A DNA stretch of 64,000 bases. Origin: a virus. The stretch is from the IMG/VR virus record IMGVR_UViG_3300045256_000094; one strand, written 5' to 3'. The position numbers and the translations under genes were made by a program. Below, piece by piece: positions 29,157-38,469 of this stretch. The notes under the pieces are model-generated. The model did no database searches, was not told the origin of the DNA, and saw only the letters and a list, made by a program, of their open reading frames with translations. Each line of letters starts with the position of its first letter. The stretch's first letter is position 1.

Positions 29157-30086
29157 CTCCCATGACCACCGGCTGCCGTTCGTTCTGAACCAGCCGACGG
29201 TGCGCATCAACCCGTCGTGAATATCGACGGTGGGTTGCCAGCCGGTACACTGCTTCAACTTGGCGTTATCACAAACGAGTCGGTCGATCTCACTGCGGCG
29301 GAACCGTGCGGGGTCGATCTGTAGGAACGGCTCCACGTCCATGATCTCGGCGATGGTCTTGTACAGGTACTCAATGCTGTAGCTTACGCCCGAGCCGATG
29401 TTGTACGCCTCACCGGGTTTGCCGTGTTCCATCAGTGCGATGATGGCACGGGCCGTGTCGTGGACGAAGGTGAAGTCACGCTCGGCGTGGATGTTCCCCA
29501 GCTTCAGGATCGGGCCGTCCCGCAACTGCTTGATGATCTCTGCGATGACGTAAGGGGCACTCTCCCGTGGGCCGTAGGCGTTGAACAACCTAGCCACGAC
29601 GACCGGCGTACCGTGTTCCCGGTACGCACTGATGCAAAGCCCGTCCCCAGCGATCTTTGTGGTGGCGTAGGTGTTGCAGAACGACAGAGGCGAAGTCTCG
29701 GACAAGCTGACGTTCGGGTTGTTACCGTATACCTCTGCGGTGGAGATGTGGACGATCCGCTTCACGTTACGACACGCCTTCAGGACGTTGTACGCCCCGA
29801 CCACGTTGTTGTTGATGAACCGTTTCGGGACGACGTAGGAGTTGGGGATGAACGTGTCCCCGGTAAAGTTGATGACCGAATCAGGATTAACCTCATCAAC
29901 ACACTTGAGTAAGTTCCATTCGTCCAGCACGTCGAACGGGTAGACGGTGACTTCTCCCGGAAGGTTAGACCTTCGGCCGTTGGACAGGTTGTCGTAAACG
30001 TAGACAGCGTGCCCTTCCCGAAGCAGTTCAATAGCGGTGGCGGACCCGATGAAACCGGCACCGCCGCAGATTAACACTTTAGCCAT
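29115..30086 (-). CDS. NAD-dependent epimerase/dehydratase (GalE/UXS-like)
   Basis: MAKVLICGGAGFIGSA... and the YxxxK block YATTKIAGD. Confidence 0.8.
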   Translation of the reverse strand: MAKVLICGGAGFIGSATAIELLREGHAVYVYDNLSNGRRSNLPGEVTVYPFDVLDEWNLLKCVDEVNPDSVINFTGDTFIPNSYVVPKRFINNNVVGAYNVLKACRNVKRIVHISTAEVYGNNPNVSLSETSPLSFCNTYATTKIAGDGLCISAYREHGTPVVVARLFNAYGPRESAPYVIAEIIKQLRDGPILKLGNIHAERDFTFVHDTARAIIALMEHGKPGEAYNIGSGVSYSIEYLYKTIAEIMDVEPFLQIDPARFRRSEIDRLVCDNAKLKQCTGWQPTVDIHDGLMRTVGWFRTNGSRWSWELKDEASANALVHF

Positions 30087-31185
30087 TCAATAGTCTCGCA
30101 GAGTGTATTAACGCCATTTGTATTACGTCGTCCATGTCGAGGTACTTGTAAGTTCCCAGCCTCCCTCCGAACGTAACATCAGTCGTCTCCCGCATCAGTT
30201 CTTGGTACTGACCGAACATCTTTTCATTGGTCTGGTCGTTGATCGGATAGAACGGTTCGTTCTTCCCGTCGAACTCCTGGGGGTATTCATATGTAACAAT
30301 CGTGTCCGGGATTCGGTGGCCTTCGTACTGAATGTGCTTGTGTTCAATGATGCGGGTGTACGGCACGTCCTTCGACGTGTAATTCACCTGGGCCGTCCCC
30401 TGGAAGTCGCAATTCTGGTGGGTGTGGGACTCGTGCCGCAGGGAGCGGTAATCCAGGCGACCGAATCGGTAGTCGAAGAAGGCGTCCACGCAGCCCGAGT
30501 AGATCAGGTGCTTAGCGTGGTGTCGCCACCAGCCCGCCTTGTGGGCGAAGAAGTCTGCGTTCAGTTCAACGTCGATACCGTCCAGCATAACCTCGAACAG
30601 TTCAGTGTACCCTTTGAGCGGCACCCCCTGAAATTGCGACGAGCCGTGGTAGGTATCGTCCATCGTCGTCCGAATGGGAATACGCTTGGCGATGCTGGCC
30701 GGTAGCTCCCTGGGGTGACGGCCCCATTGCTTGATCGTGTAGCCCTCGTAGAAAGTCTGGTACAGTTGGAACCCCACCTGCGAGATCACGAACTGCTCGA
30801 AATTGGCCGGGTTCGGAACGTCCTTCCGAAGTTTCTTAATCAACTCCTCGGCCTCGGCCGGGGTCTTCACCCCGTACATCTGGTGCAGCGTGAGCAGGTT
30901 GATGGGGAACGAGTACAATTTGCCTTCGTAGTTCACCTTTACCCGTGGCAGGCTGGTGTAGAAGTCCACGAAGTTGTTGACGTACCGCCACACGTTCATC
31001 TTGTTCGTGTTGAAGTAGTGCGGCCCGTAGCGGTGGACGTGGATGCCGCCCACGTTCTCAGTGTAGCAGTTGCCTCCGATGTGATCCCGGCGTTCCAGAA
31101 TCTTCACCTTCTTCCCACGGGCGGCAAGCTCGTAAGCCATGACCGTCCCGTAGAGGCCGCTCCCAACAATCAGATAATCTAGCAT
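30079..31185 (-). CDS. glf: UDP-galactopyranose mutase
   Basis: MLDYLIVGSGLYGTVMAYELAARGKKVKILERRDHIGGNCYTE; 368 aa. Confidence 0.88.
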   Translation of the reverse strand: MLDYLIVGSGLYGTVMAYELAARGKKVKILERRDHIGGNCYTENVGGIHVHRYGPHYFNTNKMNVWRYVNNFVDFYTSLPRVKVNYEGKLYSFPINLLTLHQMYGVKTPAEAEELIKKLRKDVPNPANFEQFVISQVGFQLYQTFYEGYTIKQWGRHPRELPASIAKRIPIRTTMDDTYHGSSQFQGVPLKGYTELFEVMLDGIDVELNADFFAHKAGWWRHHAKHLIYSGCVDAFFDYRFGRLDYRSLRHESHTHQNCDFQGTAQVNYTSKDVPYTRIIEHKHIQYEGHRIPDTIVTYEYPQEFDGKNEPFYPINDQTNEKMFGQYQELMRETTDVTFGGRLGTYKYLDMDDVIQMALIHSARLLNG

Positions 31186-32153
31186 TACGCCTTTTCTTCA
31201 CTGAGAATCCACGCCAGTGTTTCCTCAAGTGTGTATTGATGCCGCCAACCGGCGGCGGACAGCTTGCTGCCGTCCAACATGTACCGCCGGTCGTACCCTT
31301 TGCGGGCCGACTCCGACGGGATCAACTTGTAGTTCAACTCTCTGCCGAGCAGCTTGGCGATGGCCTGTGCCATTTGCAAGTTGTCAATCTCCGTCTTGCC
31401 GCACACGTTGAAGCGGTTCGGCCGGGGTGCCACCCCGTCGGCAGCCTGGACCGGCAGCCCGGAGACGAAGTGGATCGCACTCGCAACGTCTCGGGCGTCA
31501 ACGTAACATCTCGACCCGATCCGCCCGGCCTCGCCGTAGATGGGCATCTCCTTCCCGGACCGGACGTAGTTGATGATCTTCGGCACGAACTTCTCCGGGT
31601 CTTGCCTCGGCCCGATGATGTTCATGGCGTTCAGGATGACCAGCGGCATGCCGTAACTTCGCCAATAAGCGATAGCCATCGCCTCCTGGCACGCCTTGCT
31701 GGCGGCGTAAGGGTTGCTGGGCACGATGGACGACCACTCGGCGTGGCCGGACGTGGTGGCCTCCCCGTACACTTCGTCCGTGCTGAATTGTAAGAACAAC
31801 TTCGGCGGGTGCTTCCGGGCGAACTCCAGCATGTTGAGGCCGACTTCGAAGTTGTTCCTCAATGCGGCCACAGGGTCGGAGATGGACCGCTCCACCGCCG
31901 AGTCGGAGGCCAGATGGATGATGAAGTCGATCTCCCCGCCCTTTAATAACTTGTCCTGGGTCATCGGGCAGATCGGGACGGACAGGTCGTGGAAAACTAA
32001 GTCGATGTCCTGCCGGACACGGGCTAAACTGCCCCGGTGACGGAAGGAGTCGAGGCCAATAATTGACCAATCGGTCTTTTCCTTAAGATAATCGAGGACT
32101 AGACCGCCTAAGAAACCGCCCACGCCCGTCAGCAAAACCCTGTTCATTTTCAC
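31185..32153 (-). CDS. dTDP-glucose 4,6-dehydratase-like (RmlB family)
   Basis: MNRVLLTGVGGFLGG...YAASKACQEAMAIAYWRSYG. Shares a TAATG overlap with glf. Confidence 0.82.
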   Translation of the reverse strand: MKMNRVLLTGVGGFLGGLVLDYLKEKTDWSIIGLDSFRHRGSLARVRQDIDLVFHDLSVPICPMTQDKLLKGGEIDFIIHLASDSAVERSISDPVAALRNNFEVGLNMLEFARKHPPKLFLQFSTDEVYGEATTSGHAEWSSIVPSNPYAASKACQEAMAIAYWRSYGMPLVILNAMNIIGPRQDPEKFVPKIINYVRSGKEMPIYGEAGRIGSRCYVDARDVASAIHFVSGLPVQAADGVAPRPNRFNVCGKTEIDNLQMAQAIAKLLGRELNYKLIPSESARKGYDRRYMLDGSKLSAAGWRHQYTLEETLAWILSEEKA

Positions 32154-32200
32154 CGCCTGGAAAACTGCCTGAGCTATAATAGTATTTCCTGAGTTGTGCT
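32150..32200 (+). promoter_or_regulatory. candidate sigma70-like -10 element (TATAAT) upstream of the 32234 gene
   Basis: gagcTATAATagt at about 32175-32180, with GGAGA 8 nt before the ATG; the -35 is weak. Confidence 0.25.
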
Positions 32201-32233
32201 AAATACTGTGTACTTCGACTTGGAGATAGAATA

Positions 32234-33706
32234 ATGCAGTCATTCTTCGAAATGTCCGAATTGCTGGAGAACTTCGAGTATCTTCAGGAATCGGCAGCGG
32301 GCCTCGCCAGGATTATTGATCGGATTGCCGGGGATGCAGACGAGGCTATCAAGCCTTACATCGCACAGGTAATCCAAAAGGGTTACAAGGGTGGCGTTCA
32401 CAGCCTCGCCGACCTGGAGAAAGGGGCGGCGGACAAGAAGAAGCTGCACGCAGCCCTCCACTACCTCGCCGAGAAGGACATCGTTGACTTCGGTGAAAAC
32501 GGCACGTTCAAGGTGGCCGATATTAACGCACACGCTGGTACTGGCGGTAGTGCCCTGAAGGGTGCTAAGGCTGGCGTCCTGTCCCGGAAGATGCTGGGTC
32601 ACGGCGACGGCCAGAAGACGCACGGCGAGTACGGCTCCAAGTTGGATCAAGTCAAGGCGAAGTACCCGAAGCACGCCCGGACCTTTGACATGATCTTTGC
32701 CAGCCCGAACTGGAAGCAGATGATGGCCGGTAAGCCTTACCGGGCCGAGGACATCGCTCCTGGTGTTGATCCTGGTCAACTCATGGGTGCCCTGGACGTT
32801 CTGCGGCACGAAGAGATCGTCGGCTTCGCCGGTGAGCCGAAGCCGGATACCATTGTTAAGGCACGAAAGTACGCCGACGCCGTGGAGAATGACCTGGACC
32901 GGGCAGCCAAGCAGTTCCCTCAGTACGCTCAGGTGTTCCAGGCCATTATGAAGACCGGGGCATGGCGGCGTCTGCAAGGTGGCAGCCCGATCCTGGCGGC
33001 TAACCTGTTGGGCGTCGGGGCGAGCGGCGGCGATTTCAATGCCAACGTCGAGCTACAACTGAAGGCTCTGATGGCACTGAAACACATGGGCATTATCCAC
33101 TTCGAGGGAGACAAGCCGACCCTGAAGACGCCGGTCACGAAGGGTGCCGGTGAAGTGGACGCAGCCAACGCCTACAAGGGTCCGAACCGGGCTTCTGACG
33201 CAGCACAGGCGATGGCAGGTGCGGAATCCAAGCCGGGCACCCGGTTGGCGGACAAGCAGACGGTGGTTAGCGGACAGAACAAGATGCACGGCGGCTCCGC
33301 TCAAGAGAAGATGGCACCGGGCAAGGTTGCGGCAGCGGCGGGCATGTACCAAGACGACCCGACGCAGGCGATCTCTCGTGAGTGGTGGCACGGCTGGACG
33401 ACGGCAATGCAGGCCGTCGAACGTGACCCGACGCTTTGGAATAACGAGAAGTGGCTGGGTCAACTCCAACAGCACACCGTCACGACTTTGCAGAACATCG
33501 CCGGTCAGATCAAGCGAGCCATCGACGGCGGTGCCCCTCGGGAGCAGGTGAAACCGATGTTGACGAACTTCTTCATGATCGCTTCGCCGAACAACTCGGA
33601 ACACAAGCCAATCGAGATGTTCCCAGGCATTGCCGGAATGGCGAACAAGTTGAAAGCCCTGTACGACGGGGCGTACAAGCGGACGGCAACCGTCCCTGGG
33701 TACTAA
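32234..33706 (+). CDS. large hypothetical protein (Ala/Gly/Gln/Lys-rich; possible virion or internal protein) with N-terminal MQSFFEM
   Basis: 490-aa ORF followed by an intrinsic terminator. Confidence 0.5.
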   Translation: MQSFFEMSELLENFEYLQESAAGLARIIDRIAGDADEAIKPYIAQVIQKGYKGGVHSLADLEKGAADKKKLHAALHYLAEKDIVDFGENGTFKVADINAHAGTGGSALKGAKAGVLSRKMLGHGDGQKTHGEYGSKLDQVKAKYPKHARTFDMIFASPNWKQMMAGKPYRAEDIAPGVDPGQLMGALDVLRHEEIVGFAGEPKPDTIVKARKYADAVENDLDRAAKQFPQYAQVFQAIMKTGAWRRLQGGSPILAANLLGVGASGGDFNANVELQLKALMALKHMGIIHFEGDKPTLKTPVTKGAGEVDAANAYKGPNRASDAAQAMAGAESKPGTRLADKQTVVSGQNKMHGGSAQEKMAPGKVAAAAGMYQDDPTQAISREWWHGWTTAMQAVERDPTLWNNEKWLGQLQQHTVTTLQNIAGQIKRAIDGGAPREQVKPMLTNFFMIASPNNSEHKPIEMFPGIAGMANKLKALYDGAYKRTATVPGY

Positions 33707-33712
33707 AGAAAC

Positions 33713-33738
33713 AAGCCCGGCTTTCGCCGGGCTTTTTC
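33713..33738. terminator. bidirectional rho-independent terminator
   Basis: aagcccggc-tttc-gccgggctt followed by a T-run, sitting between convergent genes. Confidence 0.6.
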
Positions 33739-33739
33739 A

Positions 33740-34240
33740 TTACTTCTTTTTCTTCAGGTAGAAGCACTCCCCTGCGTAAACCCGCATGAAGTCGTCTATC
33801 TTCCAGGTCTGATCTTCGAGGGCTTTCGGCCCGCCGTTGTCGATCACCGTCATCGTCCCGGCCTTCCGGTCAACGCCGCTGACGACGAGGCAGTGGCGAG
33901 AACGTGGCCCGGTGATGATGCAGACAGCGACCGGCGAGCCTTCCTTAACGGCCGACTCGATTGACTCAAACACCGGCCCCTGTACAGCAACAAAGTCCAC
34001 CCCTCCCACACGGCACATCTCGTTGAGTGCGTCGTGGAGGAAGGCTGGACCCTTCTTCGTTTCAGTGACCTTGTAGAGTTGCGTGTAGCCGTGGTGGCGA
34101 GCAAGGGTTTCCATGCTCGACCACATGCACTGAACGCCGGTCTGGTTCTTGACCCTGTTCTCAGTTTTTACTTCAATGTTCTGCCCAAATGCCCAAACCG
34201 GAGCAACGGCCAGAAATAATACAGCGAGTAACTTACGCAT
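33740..34240 (-). CDS. secreted papain-like cysteine peptidase (C39-like) with signal peptide
   Basis: Signal peptide MRKLLAVLFLAVAPVWAFG, Cys block GVQCMWSSMETLARHHG and His block SRHCLVVSG. Confidence 0.5.
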   Translation of the reverse strand: MRKLLAVLFLAVAPVWAFGQNIEVKTENRVKNQTGVQCMWSSMETLARHHGYTQLYKVTETKKGPAFLHDALNEMCRVGGVDFVAVQGPVFESIESAVKEGSPVAVCIITGPRSRHCLVVSGVDRKAGTMTVIDNGGPKALEDQTWKIDDFMRVYAGECFYLKKKK

Positions 34241-34272
34241 AGGTTAATACCCTCCGCAGGGTATATTAACCT

Positions 34273-35151
34273 CTACATCAATTTCTCGCCAGTCCTCCAC
34301 ACACCCTTCGCCGCTTTGTACTTCCTGTCCAAAGACTCCAACTTCGCCATATCCATGTTGGCCTGATTGCTCTTAAGCTTCCCGCCGTTGAAAAACAACT
34401 CGATCATCCGCTCACGGGGCAGGTGGTTGGCACTCTTGTCGTCCACTTTCGGTGCCCAACCGAGCCGGGCGAGGAACTGCAACATGGCGTCGGGATCGTA
34501 CCCGGCGTTCTTATAGTGAAGCATCGACGTGCTGCCCTCACTCTTGCTGAGCAGCTTGCCGCCCTGGGAGATCAATCCGACGTGGGCGAACTTCGGGATG
34601 GGTGCCCCGAGCAGGTGGAACAGCACGACCTGCTTGCTGGTGTTGGTGATGTGGTCGGTGCCCCGGAGGATGTAGTTGATCCCCATATCCATGTCGTCCA
34701 CCACGGACGACCAGTTGTAGGTCGGGGTGCCGTCGCTCTTAATCAACACCATCTCGTGCATGCGGTTGAGATCGTCGTCGGTGATCTTCACGTCACCCAC
34801 AACCTCGTCGTGCCATGTCCTCGGGACTTCCTTGAAGTCCAGGTGGCTGACGTAAAGGGTCAACGCACCGTCCCGGTCGGAAACGTTGGGCAGCAGGTCG
34901 ATGGCCTCCCGGTGACGCTTGAACCGCTCGCTCTGGCGGAACGTCCGGTCGTGGTTGAGGCCGAGCCAGTCCATGATGTCGTGGATGACCTTCACTGAGT
35001 CTTCGTTGTTACGCTTCTGGTCCGTGTCGTCAATGCGGAGGGTGAAGGTGCCGCCGCTCGCTTTAGCGGCGAGCCAGTTGAAGTACGCCGTCCGGGCCGT
35101 GCCGATGTGAAGATCGCCGGTCGGGGACGGGGCAATTCGGGTGTGAAACAT
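34273..35151 (-). CDS. glutamyl-Q tRNA(Asp) synthetase-like protein (GluRS catalytic domain without anticodon-binding domain)
   Basis: RIAPSPTGDLHIGTAR (HIGH), DGTPTYNWSSVVDDMDMGINYILRGTDHITNT and KLLSKSEG (KMSKS-like); 292 aa. Confidence 0.72.
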   Translation of the reverse strand: MFHTRIAPSPTGDLHIGTARTAYFNWLAAKASGGTFTLRIDDTDQKRNNEDSVKVIHDIMDWLGLNHDRTFRQSERFKRHREAIDLLPNVSDRDGALTLYVSHLDFKEVPRTWHDEVVGDVKITDDDLNRMHEMVLIKSDGTPTYNWSSVVDDMDMGINYILRGTDHITNTSKQVVLFHLLGAPIPKFAHVGLISQGGKLLSKSEGSTSMLHYKNAGYDPDAMLQFLARLGWAPKVDDKSANHLPRERMIELFFNGGKLKSNQANMDMAKLESLDRKYKAAKGVWRTGEKLM

Positions 35152-35227
35152 GGGTTCCTTTCATGAAAAAAGCCCGGCGTACTGAGTGTACGCCGGGCTA
35201 CAGGTAGGAGGGTTACTCTACCTTCGT

Positions 35228-35860
35228 CTACTCTTCGTCGCTCATGTCGTTCTCAAGCTCGACGTTCCAGTAGGCCGTGCCGAGGAATTGCTCCCACGAC
35301 TTGATCGGCTTTACCATGTCGGCCTTGAAGACGTTCATCTTCGGCTTCTGCGGCTTCGTCAGCAGCTTCATGCCTGCCTGCTTCGGGGTCCGGTTGGCCT
35401 TCTTGGCGTTGCAGCTTACGCACGCCAGGGCACAGTTCTCCCACGACGTTACCCCGCCCTGGGCACGAGGCAGAACGTGGTCGATGGTCAGTTCCTCACT
35501 GCCGAACCGCTTGTAGCAGTATTGGCAGGTGTAGTTGTCTCGCTTGTACAGCGTCCGACGGCTGAAGTGAATCTTCGGCCGGGGCAGCTTCTCGTACTTC
35601 GAGAGCAGGATTACTTCGGGAATCCGAACCTCAAGGTTCGCCGTGCGGATGACTTCATCGTCGGCGGACGCCTTCAGCTTCGACCAGTCGGCCCAGGTCA
35701 TCTGCTGATAGCTCTCCGGCTCGATGATCTTTGCCTTCGGCGTGCCGTCAGCGTACTCGCTGAACAGCATGACGATGGCCCGCTGGAGACTGACCGTCCC
35801 CACGGCTGTCCAGTTCTTGTTTAGAACTAGAACTCGGTTCTGTGTGAGTGTCGCACTCAT
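35228..35860 (-). CDS. HNH endonuclease
   Basis: CQYCYKRFGSEELTIDHVLPRAQGGVTSWENCALACVSCNAKK. Confidence 0.8.
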   Translation of the reverse strand: MSATLTQNRVLVLNKNWTAVGTVSLQRAIVMLFSEYADGTPKAKIIEPESYQQMTWADWSKLKASADDEVIRTANLEVRIPEVILLSKYEKLPRPKIHFSRRTLYKRDNYTCQYCYKRFGSEELTIDHVLPRAQGGVTSWENCALACVSCNAKKANRTPKQAGMKLLTKPQKPKMNVFKADMVKPIKSWEQFLGTAYWNVELENDMSDEE

Positions 35861-35948
35861 GGATTCCCTCCTGTAATCTAAAGCATGTTTAACCCTCCGG
35901 CTGGCATTGCTGGGGGCGTTGTGGCCCTATCCATATCTATTATTCTAC

Positions 35949-36149
35949 TCAAAATCCCTCATTCTGCCAATCCACCTTTTCTCGTTTGGCCGGTTTCACC
36001 GGGGTGTACCAGCCGCCGATCAGGTAGATGTCCGGGAAGTAGGGCCGGGGCCGGACCGTCGCCTTCATCCGCTCCCGGTACACTGAGTCAAGGTACGTTG
36101 CGGCGACGAAGTAGAACGCCATGCTGCCGAGGATAGCCATTTCCAGCAT
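35949..36149 (-). CDS. small hydrophobic protein ending ...REKVDWQNEGF
   Basis: 66 aa; member of the C-terminal WxxEGF group. Confidence 0.5.
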   Translation of the reverse strand: MLEMAILGSMAFYFVAATYLDSVYRERMKATVRPRPYFPDIYLIGGWYTPVKPAKREKVDWQNEGF

Positions 36150-36196
36150 CTCTTCCCCTCATAGACCACCCACGGCAGCAGGTGGTTCACGCTTTT

Positions 36197-37000
36197 TTAC
36201 TCTTTCGTCTTGGCGTACAACCGGAGGATTTCCAGGTACAGCCACACCAGTCCGAGCATCAGACCGAACCCGGCGTACCATTCGTACCACTTCGGTGCCT
36301 TGTCCTCAGCCGCCAACCGGATGTCCTCGAAGTCCACGATCAGTGAGAGTGCTGCCACACCCACCACGAAGATCGAGAACACGACGCCCCAGGTGCCGCC
36401 CTCGTGAACCACCGGGACGTAGCTGCCGAAGCTGAGCATCACCAAGTCCACGGTATACAACACGATGATCCCGAGCATCGCCGCCAGCAGCCCGATCAGG
36501 AACTTCTGGGTCGGCCGCAGGATGCCCGTCCCGTACAGGAACAACATACCCGCCGCCACTCCGAAGGTTGAGGCCAACGCCTCCAACACGATCCCAGGGT
36601 ACTTCGCCTCGAACCCCGCCGAGATCGCACCCAGGGCTAACCCCTCCAGGGCGGCGTAGACCGGGCCGGTGAACGGTGCGGCTCGCTGCACGAAGATCGT
36701 GAACATTGCCACAGCGAAGGCACCGAGGCACCCCCAAATGGCGAGGCTGTAGACGTTGCCGGGAATGTCGATCTGGGTCTTCGCCGCCCCGTCCGTCACC
36801 GCCGAGAACGCATCCTTGTACCCGACCGTGGTGAGGTTCCAGGTGTAGAAGAACGTCGCCGCCATGATCGCCAGCATGATCCCCGTCTTGAGGGCCACGC
36901 CAGCCACACTGAACTTCGCTTCTTGGGGGCCGACTTCTGACTCGTCGAAGCTGCCCTGACGTACCGCCGGATTCTTTAACCAGTCCGCCATCTTACACAC
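36197..37000 (-). CDS. multi-pass membrane protein, BAX-inhibitor-1/YccA-like
   Basis: About 7 predicted TM segments. The C-terminus GLMLGLVWLYLEILRLY resembles the BI-1 family tail. Confidence 0.45.
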   Translation of the reverse strand: MCKMADWLKNPAVRQGSFDESEVGPQEAKFSVAGVALKTGIMLAIMAATFFYTWNLTTVGYKDAFSAVTDGAAKTQIDIPGNVYSLAIWGCLGAFAVAMFTIFVQRAAPFTGPVYAALEGLALGAISAGFEAKYPGIVLEALASTFGVAAGMLFLYGTGILRPTQKFLIGLLAAMLGIIVLYTVDLVMLSFGSYVPVVHEGGTWGVVFSIFVVGVAALSLIVDFEDIRLAAEDKAPKWYEWYAGFGLMLGLVWLYLEILRLYAKTKE

Positions 37001-37049
37001 TCCTTGTGTTAGAAACTGGTGTTAAGCTATCACATCGGCGAACCCGAGT

Positions 37050-37292
37050 CTAGTGCGTTAGCAAATTTCGGAGCAGGGTGTTTTCGGCGTCGATTCGCTC
37101 CAACTCTTTGCGATGGCGGGTTCGCCGCTTAGCCTTCTCGTTCTCTTCGAGAAGTTTCTTTAGAGTCGTCTCGCCGACTTGACCTTTGGGGGCGTTGGTG
37201 AGTTCGCCCAGAATGAACTGAAGTGACTGTCGTTTTTCAGAGCCGAATGGGGTAGCAGAGAGTTCCGACCTGACCTTCGCTAGAACGTCCAT
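37050..37292 (-). CDS. hypothetical protein
   Basis: 80-aa ORF starting 1 nt after the stop of the 37294 ORF. Confidence 0.4.
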   Translation of the reverse strand: MDVLAKVRSELSATPFGSEKRQSLQFILGELTNAPKGQVGETTLKKLLEENEKAKRRTRHRKELERIDAENTLLRNLLTH

Positions 37293-37293
37293 A

Positions 37294-37560
37294 TCAAAAT
37301 CCTTCCTGCGTCCATTCAGGATGTCCGCAGTCTAAACCATATTCCCATTCAAAATCAAGTGCAGCGTGCGCTCCGTCAAGCCACTTCGGACGGTCCGCTG
37401 GACTCGACGAACTGGAAGACGATGTTCTGGTCCGGGTTGAACTCGCCGCAGAGGATGTCTCTGCTTTGACCGCCGGTAAGGTCTTTCCGCAGAATGACCC
37501 GAAATACTTGTTCTGCATCGTCCACCGTAATCCCCTGATCCGAGAACAAATCCTTAACAT
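37294..37560 (-). CDS. questionable ORF ending ...PEWTQEGF (overlaps the 37376-37627 gene in another frame)
   Basis: The C-terminal 24 aa carry the WxxEGF motif. The N-terminal part is a low-complexity alternate frame. Confidence 0.3.
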   Translation of the reverse strand: MLRICSRIRGLRWTMQNKYFGSFCGKTLPAVKAETSSAASSTRTRTSSSSSSSPADRPKWLDGAHAALDFEWEYGLDCGHPEWTQEGF

Positions 37561-37627
37561 CCTGGTAGGTGAGGACGAGTTCTTTGGTCTGAAAGGTCAG
37601 TTGCGTCTCGCTGCCCGTGATAGTCAT
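37376..37627 (-). CDS. hypothetical protein
   Basis: MTITGSETQLTFQTKELVLTYQDVKDLF...; trimmed from the ORF-track extension. Confidence 0.4.
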   Translation of the reverse strand: MTITGSETQLTFQTKELVLTYQDVKDLFSDQGITVDDAEQVFRVILRKDLTGGQSRDILCGEFNPDQNIVFQFVESSGPSEVA

Positions 37628-37701
37628 ACCATATGTAAGTGTCAAAACAAAAAAATCCCCGGCCATCGGGCCGGGGACTTGGCGTTGAGCCTCTGGCGGT
37701 T

Positions 37702-38469
37702 CTAGCTGGACAGACGCTTGCGGACGAGGAACAGGCCGAACGCCGCCGGGATGCCCGAAGCCATCAGTGCGATGCTGCTCGGCTCGGGCGTGGTGATGGT
37801 CGGCGGGCCGTGCGGGTTCGGGTGATCGTTGCAATCCTTGTCATCATGACAGTGGCCCTTCGTGGGGCAGTGGATGGTGCAGATCGGCGGGCAAAAACGA
37901 TTGCACCAGTCGTGGTCTTCAGGGTAGGTGGTCGTCCAGTTGTTGATGATGGTCGGACCGTAGTTGATGAACGTGTCGCCGTTGATGATGGTCGGACCGT
38001 AGTTGATGATCGTCGAGGGCGGCGAGGCGAAGACGGTCGGCGGGCCGTACCGGAAGCCGCCCCCAAACCCCCAGCCTAAACCCCACCCGAGGCCACCGAA
38101 GAACGGGGACGGCGGCGTGTAGAAGAACCTGTTGATCGGCCCGCCCCCGGTCATCGGACCGAACCAGGAGTCGTGGCCGGTGGGCGGCAGACCCGAGTCG
38201 TAGTAGCCGTACAGCGGGACGCTGCCGCCGCTGTACTCTTCTTCACTAAGGACAACCTGCTTGTCGTCGGGGATGGGGATCGGACCGAGCGGGACGGTCG
38301 GGCAGAGGGGGATGGGCGGGCAGGGCAGGCACTCGAAGTAGAAGAACTGCGGCGGCGGGCAGTGGTAGAACCGGATGGGCGGCTCGCACCGGGGTCGGCC
38401 GAGCAGGAACCCGGCCTGGGTTTGGGCCACCATCAGCAGTGGCAGGACGGCGGACAGGAGCAGTCGCAT
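37702..38469 (-). CDS. secreted Cys/Pro/Gly-rich protein with PEP-CTERM sorting signal
   Basis: Signal peptide MRLLLSAVLPLLMVAQTQAG; internal repeats (I)INYGPTIIN; C-terminus TTPEPSSIALMASGIPAAFGLFLVRKRLSS. Confidence 0.62.
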   Translation of the reverse strand: MRLLLSAVLPLLMVAQTQAGFLLGRPRCEPPIRFYHCPPPQFFYFECLPCPPIPLCPTVPLGPIPIPDDKQVVLSEEEYSGGSVPLYGYYDSGLPPTGHDSWFGPMTGGGPINRFFYTPPSPFFGGLGWGLGWGFGGGFRYGPPTVFASPPSTIINYGPTIINGDTFINYGPTIINNWTTTYPEDHDWCNRFCPPICTIHCPTKGHCHDDKDCNDHPNPHGPPTITTPEPSSIALMASGIPAAFGLFLVRKRLSS

